Shown here one piece after another: positions 53,740 to 64,000 of a DNA stretch of 64,000 nucleotides. Origin of the DNA: Candidatus Eiseniibacteriota bacterium (GTDB taxonomy: Bacteria; Eisenbacteria; RBG-16-71-46); contig OY970178.1 in NCBI GenBank assembly GCA_963707915.1, positions 1,440,001 to 1,504,000 on the forward strand, read 5' to 3'. A program made the position numbers and the translations under genes. How positions within the stretch are numbered: position 1 is the first letter of the stretch; every line of letters begins with the position of its first letter. The notes under the pieces are model-generated. The model worked only from the letters and a program-made list of their open reading frames with translations. It did no database searches and was not told where the DNA came from.

Positions 53740-56432
53740 GCTCCCGTCCGCGGGGCGGCGCCGGCCTTGCGGGCCGTCACGCGCAGCCCGGCACCGGCGG
53801 GGCCGCCGAGCCGGTTGAGCTCGACGTCGCGGTGGGCGTAGGGCACGAACACGGCCCCCGGCGGCACGTCCTCGTCCAGCGCCGCGGGGAGCGTCAGGCC
53901 CCCGCCCGGCCCCTCGATCCGGACCGACTCGCCGGCGACCAGGCCCAGGCGCCGCGCCTCGTCGGGGTGGAAGCGCGCGGTGGCCGCCCCGGCGAGCCGC
54001 GTCAGCAACTCGATGCGGTGCCCGAGGCTGCCCTGCTGGAACAGCGTGCCGCCCGCGAGCAGCCAGAGGCCCTCGCCCGCCGCGGGCCGTTCGTCGGCCG
54101 CGGGCTGCAGCGACGCGGCGACCCGCGCGGGCGCGCTCGCCCACTGCGGTCCGAGCGGCAGCAGCGAGGCCCACGAGAGTCCCCCGTAGCCGGGCACCAG
54201 GCGCGCGATCTCGCGGAAGACGTCCTCGTTCGTGCGGTAGGACCACTCCGCCCCGAGGGCGCGCGCGACCGCCGCGAAGATCTCTCCGTCGCTCGTCGCC
54301 CCGCGCCGCGGGGCGAGCGCCCGCGCGGAGCGCTGGAGCCGGCGCTCGCAGTTGACCGCCACGCCCTCCTTCTCGGCGAAGGAGACGGCGGGGAACACGA
54401 CGTGCGCCCGGCGCGCGGTCTCGGTCATGAACAGCTCGCTCACGATCACCAGTTCGGCGCGCGCCAACGCCTGTTCCACGAGCGCGCGGTCGGGGGCGCT
54501 CCGCACCCACTCGTCGCCCACGATCCACAGCGCCTTCACCCGGCCCGCCGCCGCCGCCGCGAGGATCGCGGGCGCGGCCAGGCCCGGCGCCGCTCCGAGC
54601 TTCGCGTTCCACTGCTTCTCGAACGGCGCGCGCGCGGCCGCGTCGGCCACCGGCACGTAGCCCGGGAGGACGTCGGGCGCCAGCCCCATGTCGAGCGCGC
54701 CCTGCGTGCCGCTCTGCGGCCCCGCGTAGAGGACGCACGAGCGGGCGGACGCGAGCGCGCCGGTCGCCCATCCGAGGTTCTCGACCGCCTGCAGGAGTGC
54801 CGCCGCCTGGGCGTGCTCGGCGTAGGCCCGGCCGAACACGATCGCCCGGCTCGGGGCCTCGCGCAGCCGCCGGGCCGCCGCGGCGATCGCCGCCGCCGGC
54901 ACGCCGGTGGCCTGCGCGGCCCGCTCGGGAGTCCACGCCGCGAGCGCGCTCTTGAGCGCCGGAAGCCCGGCCGCGACCTCGGCGGGCAGGTCCGCCGGAT
55001 CGCCCAGGTCGAGCGCGGCGCGCGTGAGCCCGTTCAGGAGCGCCAGCTCGCTGCCGGGCGCGAGGCCGAGCCACTCGCCGCCGAGGCGGGCCCGCGCCAG
55101 CTTCACGCGCCGCGGGTGCGCGACGGTCAGGTGCACCCCCTGCTGGTGCTGGCCGCGGATCAGCGCGGCCTGCAGGAACGGCGACTCGCCCTGCAGGTCG
55201 TCGCCCAGGACCAGCACCTCCCGGGTCCGGCCCAGCTCGTCGATCGAGATCGACGGGCGCCCGCCGCCCGTGGCCTTGAGGAAGGCCGCGCCCGCGAGCG
55301 GGGCGACCAGGCGCGTGCGCGAGTCCACGTGGTTCGTGCCGAGCACGGCGCGCGCCAGCTTCTGCATCAGGTACTGCTCCTCGAGGCCGAGCTTCTCGCC
55401 GCCGAGGAAGGCGATCGCGTCCGCCCCGTCGCGCGCCGCGATCTCGCGCAGTCGCGCCGCGGCGTGGGCCACCGCTTCCTCGAACGAGGCCGGCTCCAGC
55501 GGGCTCGCGGACCCGCCCGGCGGGCGCACCCACGCGCCGCTCAGCCGCGCCGCGTCGTTCACGAACCCGTAGCCGAAGCGCCCGCGCACGCACAGGTACT
55601 CCTGGTTGACGCCGCGGCGCTCCGTGCCGCGCCCGCGCAGGATCTCCGCGCCGCGCACGCCGAGCCGCACCGAGCAGCCGTTCGAGCACCACGGGCAGAC
55701 GGTGACGTGCTGCCTCAGGTCCCAGGGGCGCGCCTTGAAGCGGTAGGGCAGCGCCGTGAGCGCGCCCACCGGGCAGACCTCGATGCAGTTGCCGCACTGC
55801 TCGCACTCGAGCGGCCGGCGGTCGAACGAGGAGATCTCGGTGCGCACGCCGCGCTGGTGCGCCGTGAGCGCGTCCTCGCCCATGATCTCGTCGCAGTACC
55901 GCACGCAGCGCATGCAGGCGATGCAGCGGTTCGCCTCCTTCTTCACCACCGGCCCGAGGTCCTCGGAGACGAACGTGCGCTTGGCGCCGCCCATGCGCGA
56001 GAAGTCGGCGCCGAAGGCGAAGGCCAGGTCCTGCAGCTGGCACTCGCCACCCTCGTCGCACACCGGGCAGTCGAGCGGGTGGTTGACCAGCAGGAACTCC
56101 ATGGTGCCCTTGCGCGCCTTGACCGCGACCGGGGAGTCGGTCGCCACCACCATGCCCTCGCTCACCGGCGTGGTGCAGCCGGTCTGGGGCTTCGGGTTCC
56201 AGGCGATCTCGGGGCCGCCGTCCGCGCCCAGCACGGGCTTGCCGTCCCGGTCCTTCCTCGGCAGGCCGATCTCGACCAGGCAGATGCGGCAGGCGCCCAG
56301 GGGCGGGAGCTTGGCGTGCGAGCAGAAGACCGGGATGTGCACCTCGGCGGCGCGCGCGGCGTCGGTGACGAGGGTGCCGGCCGGGACCTCGACCGTGCGG
56401 CCGTTGATGGTGACGCGGACCTTCGCGCTCAT
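53736..56432 (-). CDS. nuoG: NADH-quinone oxidoreductase subunit G
   Basis: GACRICLVE, NHPLDCPVCDEGGECQLQD, CIACMRCVR, CGNCIEVCPVGAL and CPWCSNGC motifs. Confidence 0.93.
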   Translation of the reverse strand: MSAKVRVTINGRTVEVPAGTLVTDAARAAEVHIPVFCSHAKLPPLGACRICLVEIGLPRKDRDGKPVLGADGGPEIAWNPKPQTGCTTPVSEGMVVATDSPVAVKARKGTMEFLLVNHPLDCPVCDEGGECQLQDLAFAFGADFSRMGGAKRTFVSEDLGPVVKKEANRCIACMRCVRYCDEIMGEDALTAHQRGVRTEISSFDRRPLECEQCGNCIEVCPVGALTALPYRFKARPWDLRQHVTVCPWCSNGCSVRLGVRGAEILRGRGTERRGVNQEYLCVRGRFGYGFVNDAARLSGAWVRPPGGSASPLEPASFEEAVAHAAARLREIAARDGADAIAFLGGEKLGLEEQYLMQKLARAVLGTNHVDSRTRLVAPLAGAAFLKATGGGRPSISIDELGRTREVLVLGDDLQGESPFLQAALIRGQHQQGVHLTVAHPRRVKLARARLGGEWLGLAPGSELALLNGLTRAALDLGDPADLPAEVAAGLPALKSALAAWTPERAAQATGVPAAAIAAAARRLREAPSRAIVFGRAYAEHAQAAALLQAVENLGWATGALASARSCVLYAGPQSGTQGALDMGLAPDVLPGYVPVADAAARAPFEKQWNAKLGAAPGLAAPAILAAAAAGRVKALWIVGDEWVRSAPDRALVEQALARAELVIVSELFMTETARRAHVVFPAVSFAEKEGVAVNCERRLQRSARALAPRRGATSDGEIFAAVARALGAEWSYRTNEDVFREIARLVPGYGGLSWASLLPLGPQWASAPARVAASLQPAADERPAAGEGLWLLAGGTLFQQGSLGHRIELLTRLAGAATARFHPDEARRLGLVAGESVRIEGPGGGLTLPAALDEDVPPGAVFVPYAHRDVELNRLGGPAGAGLRVTARKAGAAPRTGA

Positions 56433-57736
56433 GCCGGGACCCCCGTGCGCGCGTCGCGCCGTCGGTTCGCCAGGCAGGCCTTCCGCTCGACGTGGTGCTC
56501 GAACTCCGCGCGGAAGTGCTTGAGGAAGCCCTGCACCGGCATCGCCGCGGCGTCGCCGAGCGGGCAGAAGGAGCGGCCCAGGATGTTGTCCGCCAGGTCC
56601 GCGAGCAGGTCGATGTCGGAGGCCCGGCCCGCTCCGCGCTCGAGGCGCTCGAGGATCCCGGTCATCCAGTAGGTGCCCTCGCGGCACGGCGTGCACTTGC
56701 CGCAGGACTCGTGCGAGTAGAAGCGCATGAGGTTCCAGAGCGAGTCCACCATGCAGGTCTGCTCGTCGATGACGATGACGGCGCCCGAGCCGAGGAACGT
56801 GCCCGCGGCGTTCATGGACTCGAAGTCCAGCGGCGTGTCGAGCAGGCTGGCCGGCAGCGGCGGCACCGAGGATCCGCCCGGGATCACCGCCTTGATCTTC
56901 AGCCCGTCGCGCATCCCGCCGCAGTGCTCCTCGAGCAGCGTGCGCAGCGGCACGCCGAGCGGCAGCTCGTAGTTGCCGGGGCGCATCACCGGGCCCGAGA
57001 CGCTGAAGACCTTCGTCCCCGCGCTCTTCTCGGTCCCCCACTGGCGGTACCACGCCGCGCCCTGCCCGAGGATGTGCGGGACGTTCACCAGGGTCTCGAC
57101 GTTGTTGACGATGGTCGGGCAGCGGTAGAGCCCCTCGACCGCGGGGAACGGCGGCTTCAGGCGCGGCTGCCCGCGGAAACCCTCGAGCGACGAGAGCAGC
57201 GCGGTCTCCTCGCCGCAGATGTAGGCGCCCGCGCCCAGGTGCGTGTGCAGGTCGAAGCGGAAGCCGGTCCCGGCGACGTCACGCCCCAGCAGGCCGGCGG
57301 CGTACGCCTCGGCGATGGCCCGGTCGAGCACGGTCTGCAGCCAGCCGAACTCGCCACGCAGGTAGACGTAGCCGGTGTTGGACTGGATGGCCCAGCCCGC
57401 GAGGATCATGCCCTCGATCAGGCGGTGCGGGTTCTTCTCGATCAGCTCGCGGTCCTTGAAGGTCCCCGGCTCGCTCTCGTCGGCATTGCAGACCAGGTAC
57501 TTCGGCCGGTCGGTCCCCTTGGGCACGAAGCTCCACTTGAGCCCGGTGGGGAACCCGGCGCCGCCGCGTCCGCGCAGGCCGGAGGCCTTCACGACCTCGA
57601 TGCACTGCTCGGGCGTCTGCCGGCCGAGCACGGCCGCGACCGCGCCGTAGCCGCCGGTGCGCCGGTAGGTCTCGAGCCCGGCGAGGCCGGGCGTGTCGAT
57701 GTCCTTGAAGAGCAGGGGCCCCCGCGGCGCGCTCAC
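56429..57736 (-). CDS. nuoF: NADH-quinone oxidoreductase subunit F
   Basis: SGLRGRGGAGFPTG, NADESEPGTFKD, GAYICGEET and ESCGKCTPCREG motifs. Confidence 0.95.
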   Translation of the reverse strand: MSAPRGPLLFKDIDTPGLAGLETYRRTGGYGAVAAVLGRQTPEQCIEVVKASGLRGRGGAGFPTGLKWSFVPKGTDRPKYLVCNADESEPGTFKDRELIEKNPHRLIEGMILAGWAIQSNTGYVYLRGEFGWLQTVLDRAIAEAYAAGLLGRDVAGTGFRFDLHTHLGAGAYICGEETALLSSLEGFRGQPRLKPPFPAVEGLYRCPTIVNNVETLVNVPHILGQGAAWYRQWGTEKSAGTKVFSVSGPVMRPGNYELPLGVPLRTLLEEHCGGMRDGLKIKAVIPGGSSVPPLPASLLDTPLDFESMNAAGTFLGSGAVIVIDEQTCMVDSLWNLMRFYSHESCGKCTPCREGTYWMTGILERLERGAGRASDIDLLADLADNILGRSFCPLGDAAAMPVQGFLKHFRAEFEHHVERKACLANRRRDARTGVPA

Positions 57737-58245
57737 TTCAGGCCTTCCAGGATGCGGTCCACCGCGGCCTCGTCGAGGTTCTCGTGGAACTTCTGCTCGT
57801 TCACCTGCAGGCAGGGCCCGCCGCCGCAGGCGGCCAGGCACTCCACCCGGCGCAGCGTGAAGCGGCCGTCGGGCGTGGTCTCGCCGTGGCCGATCCCCAG
57901 CTTGCGGCTGAGGTGCTGGAACAGGCGGTCGGCTCCCATGAGGGAGCACGACAGGGTCATGCAGACCTGCAGGTGGTGCCTGCCCACCGGCTTCAGGTTG
58001 AACATGGTGTAGAAGGTCGCCACGCCGAACACCTCGGTGTCCGGCAGCCCGACCGTGCGGGCCACCAGCCGCAGCGCCTCGGGCGGGAGCCAGCCCCACT
58101 CGCGCTGGGCGATCCACAGCAGCGGGAGGACGGCCGAACGCCGGTTCGGGTAGTGCGCGAGGGCCTCGTCCACCTTCGGCTGCAGCGCCGTCGGCCAGGC
58201 GACCGGCCCGGCCGGCGCCGCGTGCGTCACCGGAGCGCCGCTCAT
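57733..58245 (-). CDS. nuoE: NADH-quinone oxidoreductase subunit E
   Basis: VATFYTMF, VCMTLSC and ECLAACGGGP motifs. Confidence 0.93.
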   Translation of the reverse strand: MSGAPVTHAAPAGPVAWPTALQPKVDEALAHYPNRRSAVLPLLWIAQREWGWLPPEALRLVARTVGLPDTEVFGVATFYTMFNLKPVGRHHLQVCMTLSCSLMGADRLFQHLSRKLGIGHGETTPDGRFTLRRVECLAACGGGPCLQVNEQKFHENLDEAAVDRILEGLK

Positions 58246-59420
58246 CGGTCCACCTCCCCGAGCACGATGTCGAGCGTGCCGATGGCGGTGATGACGTCCG
58301 CGACCAGGCCGCCGCGGACCATCGCGTCGAGCGCCTGCAGGTTCGTGAAGGACGGCGAACGCACCTTCATGCGCCAGGGCTTCGGGGTGCCGTCGGAGAC
58401 GAAGTAGAAGCCCAGCTCGCCCTTCGGGGCCTCGATGGCCTGGTAGGCCTCGCCCACCGGCGGGAAGAAGCCGTGCGCCACGATCTTGAAGTGGTGGATC
58501 AGGGCCTCCATCGAGGTCTTCACGTCCTCCTTGGGAGGCAGCACGTACTTGTAGTCGCGCAGGCGGTAATCGCCGGGCCCGATCTCGCGGAGCTTCGCGA
58601 TCGCCTGGCGGCAGATGCGCACGGCCTGGCGCATCTCCTCGAGGCGCACCAGGTAGCGGTCGAACGCGTCGCCGTGCTCCCCCACCGGGACGTCGAAGTC
58701 GTACTGCTCGTAGCCGCCGTAGGGCATGTTCCGGCGCAGGTCCCACGGCACGCCCGCGGCGCGCAGCACCGGCCCGGTGACGCCCAGCGCGATGGCGTCC
58801 TGCTTCGAGAGCAGGGCCACGCCCTTGGTGCGCGCCAGCCAGATGGGGTTGCCGGTGAGCAGCTTCTCGTACTCGGCGAAGTGCCCGGGCATGGTGTCCA
58901 GGAACCGGCTCACCCGCTCGAGGAAGTCCGCCGGCAGGTCCATCGCCAGGCCGCCCACGCGGAAGTAGGTGGCGGTCATGCGCGCGCCGCAGACCTGGTC
59001 GTACATGCCCATGATCTGCTCGCGCTCGCGGAAGGTGTAGAAGAACATCGACATCGCGCCGATGTCCATCGCGTGCGTGCCGATCCACACCAGGTGCGAC
59101 GAGAGGCGTGTCAGCTCGGTGAGCAGCACGCGCGCGTGCAGGGCGCGCGGCGGCGGCGCGATGCCGATCAGCTTCTCCACCGCCAGGCAGAAGGCCAGGT
59201 TGTTCGACATCGGCGCCAGGTAGTCCATCCGGTCGGTCTGGGGGATGGACTGCGTGTACGTCTTGTACTCGGCCTGCTTCTCCATGCCGGTGTGCAGGTA
59301 GCCGACGATCGGCTGGGCCCGGACGATGGTCTCGCCGTCCAGTTCCACGGCGACGCGCAGCACGCCGTGGGTCGCGGGGTGCTGGGGCCCCATGTTGAGG
59401 GTCATCGTCTCACTGCGCAC
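58242..59420 (-). CDS. nuoD: NADH-quinone oxidoreductase subunit D
   Basis: NMGPQHPATHGVLR, DRMDY, EAPKGELG and DIVLGEVDR motifs. Confidence 0.95.
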   Translation of the reverse strand: MRSETMTLNMGPQHPATHGVLRVAVELDGETIVRAQPIVGYLHTGMEKQAEYKTYTQSIPQTDRMDYLAPMSNNLAFCLAVEKLIGIAPPPRALHARVLLTELTRLSSHLVWIGTHAMDIGAMSMFFYTFREREQIMGMYDQVCGARMTATYFRVGGLAMDLPADFLERVSRFLDTMPGHFAEYEKLLTGNPIWLARTKGVALLSKQDAIALGVTGPVLRAAGVPWDLRRNMPYGGYEQYDFDVPVGEHGDAFDRYLVRLEEMRQAVRICRQAIAKLREIGPGDYRLRDYKYVLPPKEDVKTSMEALIHHFKIVAHGFFPPVGEAYQAIEAPKGELGFYFVSDGTPKPWRMKVRSPSFTNLQALDAMVRGGLVADVITAIGTLDIVLGEVDR

Positions 59421-59972
59421 GGTATCTCACCTTCTTCGGCCCGAGCTTGCGCAGCCCGGGCGCGGGCTTCTCGCGCTGCGGCGTGTTGTGGGTGAACGCC
59501 ACCTCTTCGTAGCCGAGCGGCGAGTCCTTGCGCAGCGGCCAGCCCACCCAGCCCTCGGGCAGCAGGATGCGCACCAGGTTGGGGTGCCCGGCGAACTCGA
59601 TCCCGTAGAAGTCCCAGGTCTCGCGCTCGAGCCAGTCGGCGGTGGGCCACACGCCGATGACCGTGGGGACGCGCGGGTTCTCCTCCCCGACCGGCACCTT
59701 GAGCGTCAGGCGCACGGCGCGAGAGAGCGAGAGCAGCCCGTAGACCACCTCGAAGCGCGGCTCGCGCGGCAGCCAGTCCACGCCGGAGATCCACGAGAGC
59801 ATGGCAAAGTCCAGCTCGGGGTCGTCGCGCAGGAAGGTGCAAACCTCGACCAGGTTCGCGGCCGCGACCTGGAGCGTGTGGTCGCGCACCGCCTCGCCGC
59901 GCTGGCGGCGGAACTCCACGCCGGGGAAGCGCTCGCGCAGCCGCTCCTCGATGCGCTCGGGGGTCAGCGGCG

Positions 59973-59976
<4 letters not shown>
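59410..59976 (-). CDS. nuoC: NADH-quinone oxidoreductase subunit C
   Basis: [28 protein letters not shown] and PLRKD motifs. Confidence 0.93.
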
Positions 59977-60578
<602 letters not shown>

Positions 60579-60621
60579 GACACCCCCCGGGCGCGCGGGC
60601 CGGCGGGGACGACCGTCAGGC

Positions 60622-60975
60622 TCATTCCCATTCCAGCGCCCGCTTCTTCAAGAGGTACAGGTAGCCGACGAACAGGATGACGATGAAGAGCACCATCTCG
60701 ACCAGCCCGTACAGCCCGAGCTGCCGGAAGCTCACGGCCCACGGGTAGAGGAACACCGCCTCGATGTCGAACAGGATGAAGAGCACCGCGACCAGGTAGA
60801 ACTTCACCGGGAAGCGCTGACGCGCGGTGCCGACCGGCTCGATGCCGCACTCGTAGGGGCTGTTCTTGATCGCGTTGCGCCGCATGGGCACGACGAGCGA
60901 GGACGCGACCATCACGACCACGACGAAGCCCACGGCGACCAACAGCGCGATCAGGATCGGCAGATACGCGGTCAC
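60622..60975 (-). CDS. nuoA: NADH-quinone oxidoreductase subunit A
   Basis: [27 protein letters not shown] and ALEWE motifs. Confidence 0.95.
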   Translation of the reverse strand: MTAYLPILIALLVAVGFVVVVMVASSLVVPMRRNAIKNSPYECGIEPVGTARQRFPVKFYLVAVLFILFDIEAVFLYPWAVSFRQLGLYGLVEMVLFIVILFVGYLYLLKKRALEWE

Positions 60976-61014
60976 GCTACTCCACCCTGCGCTCCCGGCC
61001 GGCGGCTGCCCGGC

Positions 61015-61992
61015 TCAGGCGTGCGCGTTGAGTTTCCCCACGGCCTCGGTGAGCGCCGGCACGACTTCGAAGAGGTCGCCCACGATCCCGTAGTCCGCCA
61101 CCTTGAAGATGGGCGCTTCGGCGTCCTTGTTGATCGCCACGATGCAGCGCGACGAGGTCATCCCGGCGAGGTGCTGGATGGCGCCCGAGATGCCCACCGC
61201 CACGTAGAGCTTCGGCGAGACCGTCTTGCCGGTCTGCCCGACCTGCTCCGAGTGCGGACGCCAGCCCGCGTCCACGACGGCGCGCGAGGCGCCGACGCTC
61301 GCGCCGAGCGCGGCGGCCAGGGCCTCGATCAGCGCGAAGTGCTCCGGGCCCTTCATGCCCCGTCCGCCCGAGACGATCGCCTCGGCCTCGGTCAGGTCCA
61401 CCTTGCCCGCGCCCGCCTCGACCACGCGCAGCACCTTCGCGCGCGAGGCGGCCGCGTCGAAGTCCACCGCCAGCGGCTCGACGGCCGCGCTCTTCCCGCC
61501 GGGCACCGCCGGCGCGAACGCCTTCGGACGCAGGGTGGCCAGGGCCGGCGCCTTCGGGAAGGCCACCTTCTGGAGCGCCTTGCCCGCGAAGACCGGCCGC
61601 GACGCCACCAGGCGCCCGCCCTCGACCGCCAGCGCGGTGCAGTCGGTGGCGAGCCCCGCCCCGAGGCGCGCGGCCACGCGGGGCGCCAGGTCGCGGCCCA
61701 TCGTCGAGGCGCCGAACAGGACGATCGCGGGCTTCAGCGCGGCGGCGGCGGCCGCCACCGCGCGGGCGTAGCCGGCGGCGTCGTAGGCGGCGAAGGCCGG
61801 ATGCGCGGCGAGCAGCACGCGTTCCGCGCCCGCCTCGCCGAGCGCGGCGAGCCCCGGGTCCGATGCGGCCGGGCAGACGCCGACGACGGGCCCGCCCAGC
61901 GAGGCCGCGAGCCGCGTGGCCTCGCCCAGCGCCTCGCGCGAGACCGCGCGCACGCGACCGTCCCGCTGCTCGATGAAGACCAGGATGCTCAT
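61015..61992 (-). CDS. etfA: Electron transfer flavoprotein alpha subunit
   Basis: [28 protein letters not shown] and [12 protein letters not shown] motifs. Confidence 0.95.
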   Translation of the reverse strand: MSILVFIEQRDGRVRAVSREALGEATRLAASLGGPVVGVCPAASDPGLAALGEAGAERVLLAAHPAFAAYDAAGYARAVAAAAAALKPAIVLFGASTMGRDLAPRVAARLGAGLATDCTALAVEGGRLVASRPVFAGKALQKVAFPKAPALATLRPKAFAPAVPGGKSAAVEPLAVDFDAAASRAKVLRVVEAGAGKVDLTEAEAIVSGGRGMKGPEHFALIEALAAALGASVGASRAVVDAGWRPHSEQVGQTGKTVSPKLYVAVGISGAIQHLAGMTSSRCIVAINKDAEAPIFKVADYGIVGDLFEVVPALTEAVGKLNAHA

Positions 61993-62016
61993 GCGCTTCC
62001 CCCGTGCCTGCCGGGC

Positions 62017-62775
62017 CTAGATGACCTTCGCGTCCTCGCGCAACACCCGCACCAGCTCGGCCACCGCCTCCGGCCCCTGGCCGATGATGCGGCCCGCGGC
62101 CCGCGGCGGCGGCAGGAGCAGGGCCACGACCTCGAGGGCGGGCTCGCCCAGCTCGGCCGGCTTCTCCTCGATCGTCTTCTTCTTCGCGGCCATGATGCCC
62201 TTGAGCGACGCGTACCGCGGCTCGTTGAGGCCCTTCTCGGCCGTGACGACGGCCGGCAGCGTCAGCTCCACCACCTCGCGGCCGCCCTCGATCTCGCGCT
62301 CCACGATGACCTTCTCGCCCTCGAGGGCGAACGTCGCGGCCACGGTCGCGCACGGCAGGTCCAGCAACTCCGCCGTCATCGGGCCGACCTGCGCCTGATC
62401 GTCGTCCACCGCCTGCTTGCCGAACCACACCAGGCCGGCGCCCAGGCCGCGCAGCTCGGCGGACAGCGCGCGGGCCAGGGCGAGCGGGTCGGGCGCGGTC
62501 ACGTCGCTCCGCAGGTGGATGGCGCGGTCGGCGCCGAGCGCCAGCACGTTGCGCAGCGCGCTCTGCACCCCGGGACCGCCCACCGAGACCGCCACGACCT
62601 CTCCGCCACCCTGCTGGTCACGCACGCGCAGCGCCTGCTCCACCGCGTACTCGTCGTAGGGGTTGAGCACCCACGTCACGCCCGCGGGATCGAGGTTGCG
62701 GCCGTCGGCGGCCACCTTGACCCGTGTCTCGGTGTCGGGCACCTGCTTGACGCAGACCACCTGGATCACACGCAC
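62017..62775 (-). CDS. etfB: Electron transfer flavoprotein beta subunit
   Basis: VCVKQVPD, NPYDEYAVE, GKQAVDDD and NEPRYASLKGIMAAKKK motifs; start may be a few codons shorter. Confidence 0.95.
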   Translation of the reverse strand: MRVIQVVCVKQVPDTETRVKVAADGRNLDPAGVTWVLNPYDEYAVEQALRVRDQQGGGEVVAVSVGGPGVQSALRNVLALGADRAIHLRSDVTAPDPLALARALSAELRGLGAGLVWFGKQAVDDDQAQVGPMTAELLDLPCATVAATFALEGEKVIVEREIEGGREVVELTLPAVVTAEKGLNEPRYASLKGIMAAKKKTIEEKPAELGEPALEVVALLLPPPRAAGRIIGQGPEAVAELVRVLREDAKVI

Positions 62776-63133
62776 CTCTGGGATCGTCCGGCCGCGAACG
62801 CGCGACGGGAATCCGGCTCACACGATGCAGCCCGGCGCCTTCACGAACGCGCGTCCACCCGGCGTCGGGCCATCACGACCGTCACGATGGCGCAGTCTGC
62901 CCGCGGCGGACGCGGGGTGTCAAGGCAATCGAGGTATCCTTCCGTCGCATCGCGACGCGGGCGCTCCGGACGCCGCGGGAAGGTCGGCGACCGCCCGGCC
63001 GCCGAGCGCGGACGGGGTGGATCGCCGCGGCCAGAGCGCCCCCTGTGCCCCCGGCGCGGGGGCCGGAGAGCGACGCAGCGAGCAGAGGCACCATGCGCTC
63101 GCTCCGTCGCTCTCAGGCCCCCGCGCGCGGTCT

Positions 63134-64000
63134 TCAGTATCCGGCGTGCTTGTCCACGACGTTGACGAGGGGGCGGCCGGCGAGGAAGCGCTCGAGATTG
63201 GCGGCGAACTGCTCGACCGCGCGCTCCCAGTAGCGCGGCCCGAGTCCTGAGACGTGGGGCGTGAGGATGACGTTGGGCATGGCCCACAGCGGGCTGTCGG
63301 CGGCGAGCGGCTCCGCGCGCACCACGTCGAGCGCCGCGCCGGCGATGCACCCGGCGCGCAGGGCGGCGACCAGGGCCGGCTCGTCCACCAGCGCGCCGCG
63401 CCCCAGGTTGATCAGCACCGCACCCGGCTTCATGCGCGCCAGCTCGGTCGCGCCGATCATCCCGCGGGTCGCCGCCGTGTGCGGCGCGGCGAGCACCACC
63501 CAGTCGGCGCGCTCGAGCAGCTCGGGCAGGCGCGCGAGGCCCCACTGCTCGTGGGCGGGCCGCGGGTCGCCGGCGGGGTGAGGGCGCACGGCGATGACGC
63601 GCAGGCCGAGCGCCGCCGAGCGCTCCGCCAGCGCCGACCCGATCGCCCCCAGTCCCACGAGCCCGAGCGTGCCACCGGCCAGCTGCCCGAAGGGGGGCGG
63701 CTCCGTCCACAGGCCGACCTGCTCCCAGCGGCGCTCGCGCTGCAGGTCGCGCGCGAGGTGGAGCTTGCGCGCGAACGCCAGCATCAGGCCGAGCGCGTGC
63801 TCGGCCATCGAGACGGCGTGCAGGCCGCGCCCGTTGGTGAACACGACATCGCTGGCGGCGAGCGCCGGGAAGAGCAGCGAGCCGACGCCGGCGGCGCTGA
63901 CGTGGATCCAGCGCAGCCGCCGGGCCAGCGGGAAGTTGCCGTCGTCCACCAGCACCCCGTAGACGACGTCGGCCTCGGGCAGCAACCGTTCGGCCGCGGC
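63134..64000 (-). CDS. D-2-hydroxyacid dehydrogenase family protein (5' end outside the window)
   Basis: GLVGLGAIG Rossmann motif, INLGRG, AALDV, EPL and ILTPHVSG. Confidence 0.9.
   Translation of the reverse strand, partial: AAAERLLPEADVVYGVLVDDGNFPLARRLRWIHVSAAGVGSLLFPALAASDVVFTNGRGLHAVSMAEHALGLMLAFARKLHLARDLQRERRWEQVGLWTEPPPFGQLAGGTLGLVGLGAIGSALAERSAALGLRVIAVRPHPAGDPRPAHEQWGLARLPELLERADWVVLAAPHTAATRGMIGATELARMKPGAVLINLGRGALVDEPALVAALRAGCIAGAALDVVRAEPLAADSPLWAMPNVILTPHVSGLGPRYWERAVEQFAANLERFLAGRPLVNVVDKHAGY

Overview
Very GC-rich bacterial chromosomal window. The many secreted proteins with FlgD-Ig/T9SS-like C-terminal domains suggest an FCB-group lineage such as Ca. Eisenbacteria (inference only). 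Housekeeping content: a B12-dependent acyl-CoA mutase module (MeaB-family GTPase plus split mutase with isobutyryl-CoA mutase signature residues), acyl-CoA dehydrogenase, an alr-deoB-cdd-deoC-pdp salvage operon, mazG, a hexaheme cytochrome c, an RlmI-type methyltransferase, agmatinase, tRNA-Asp(GTC), a murQ-SBP-anmK-spoIID peptidoglycan-recycling operon, mutM, a DEAD-box-like protein, AlaX, a sigma54 activator, moaC/moeA, etfBA and a 13-gene nuo operon. A lower-GC accessory block (about 17.9-30.3 kb) abuts the tRNA-Asp 3' end. It holds a GT-C glycosyltransferase, an IS3/IS51-group element inside a partly deleted gene, a 1556-aa HExxH/beta-propeller secreted protein and two paralogous secreted proteins with different C-termini. 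Most notable: DeoC with a microcompartment-type N-terminal encapsulation peptide but no shell genes in the window, a complex I operon lacking nuoI directly behind etfBA, a DEAD-box homolog with degenerate catalytic motifs, a 61%-acidic 75-aa protein with a structured leader upstream of speB, a perfectly symmetric bidirectional promoter, and five proteins sharing a putative C-terminal sorting domain. All calls come from reading motifs by eye; no database searches were run.
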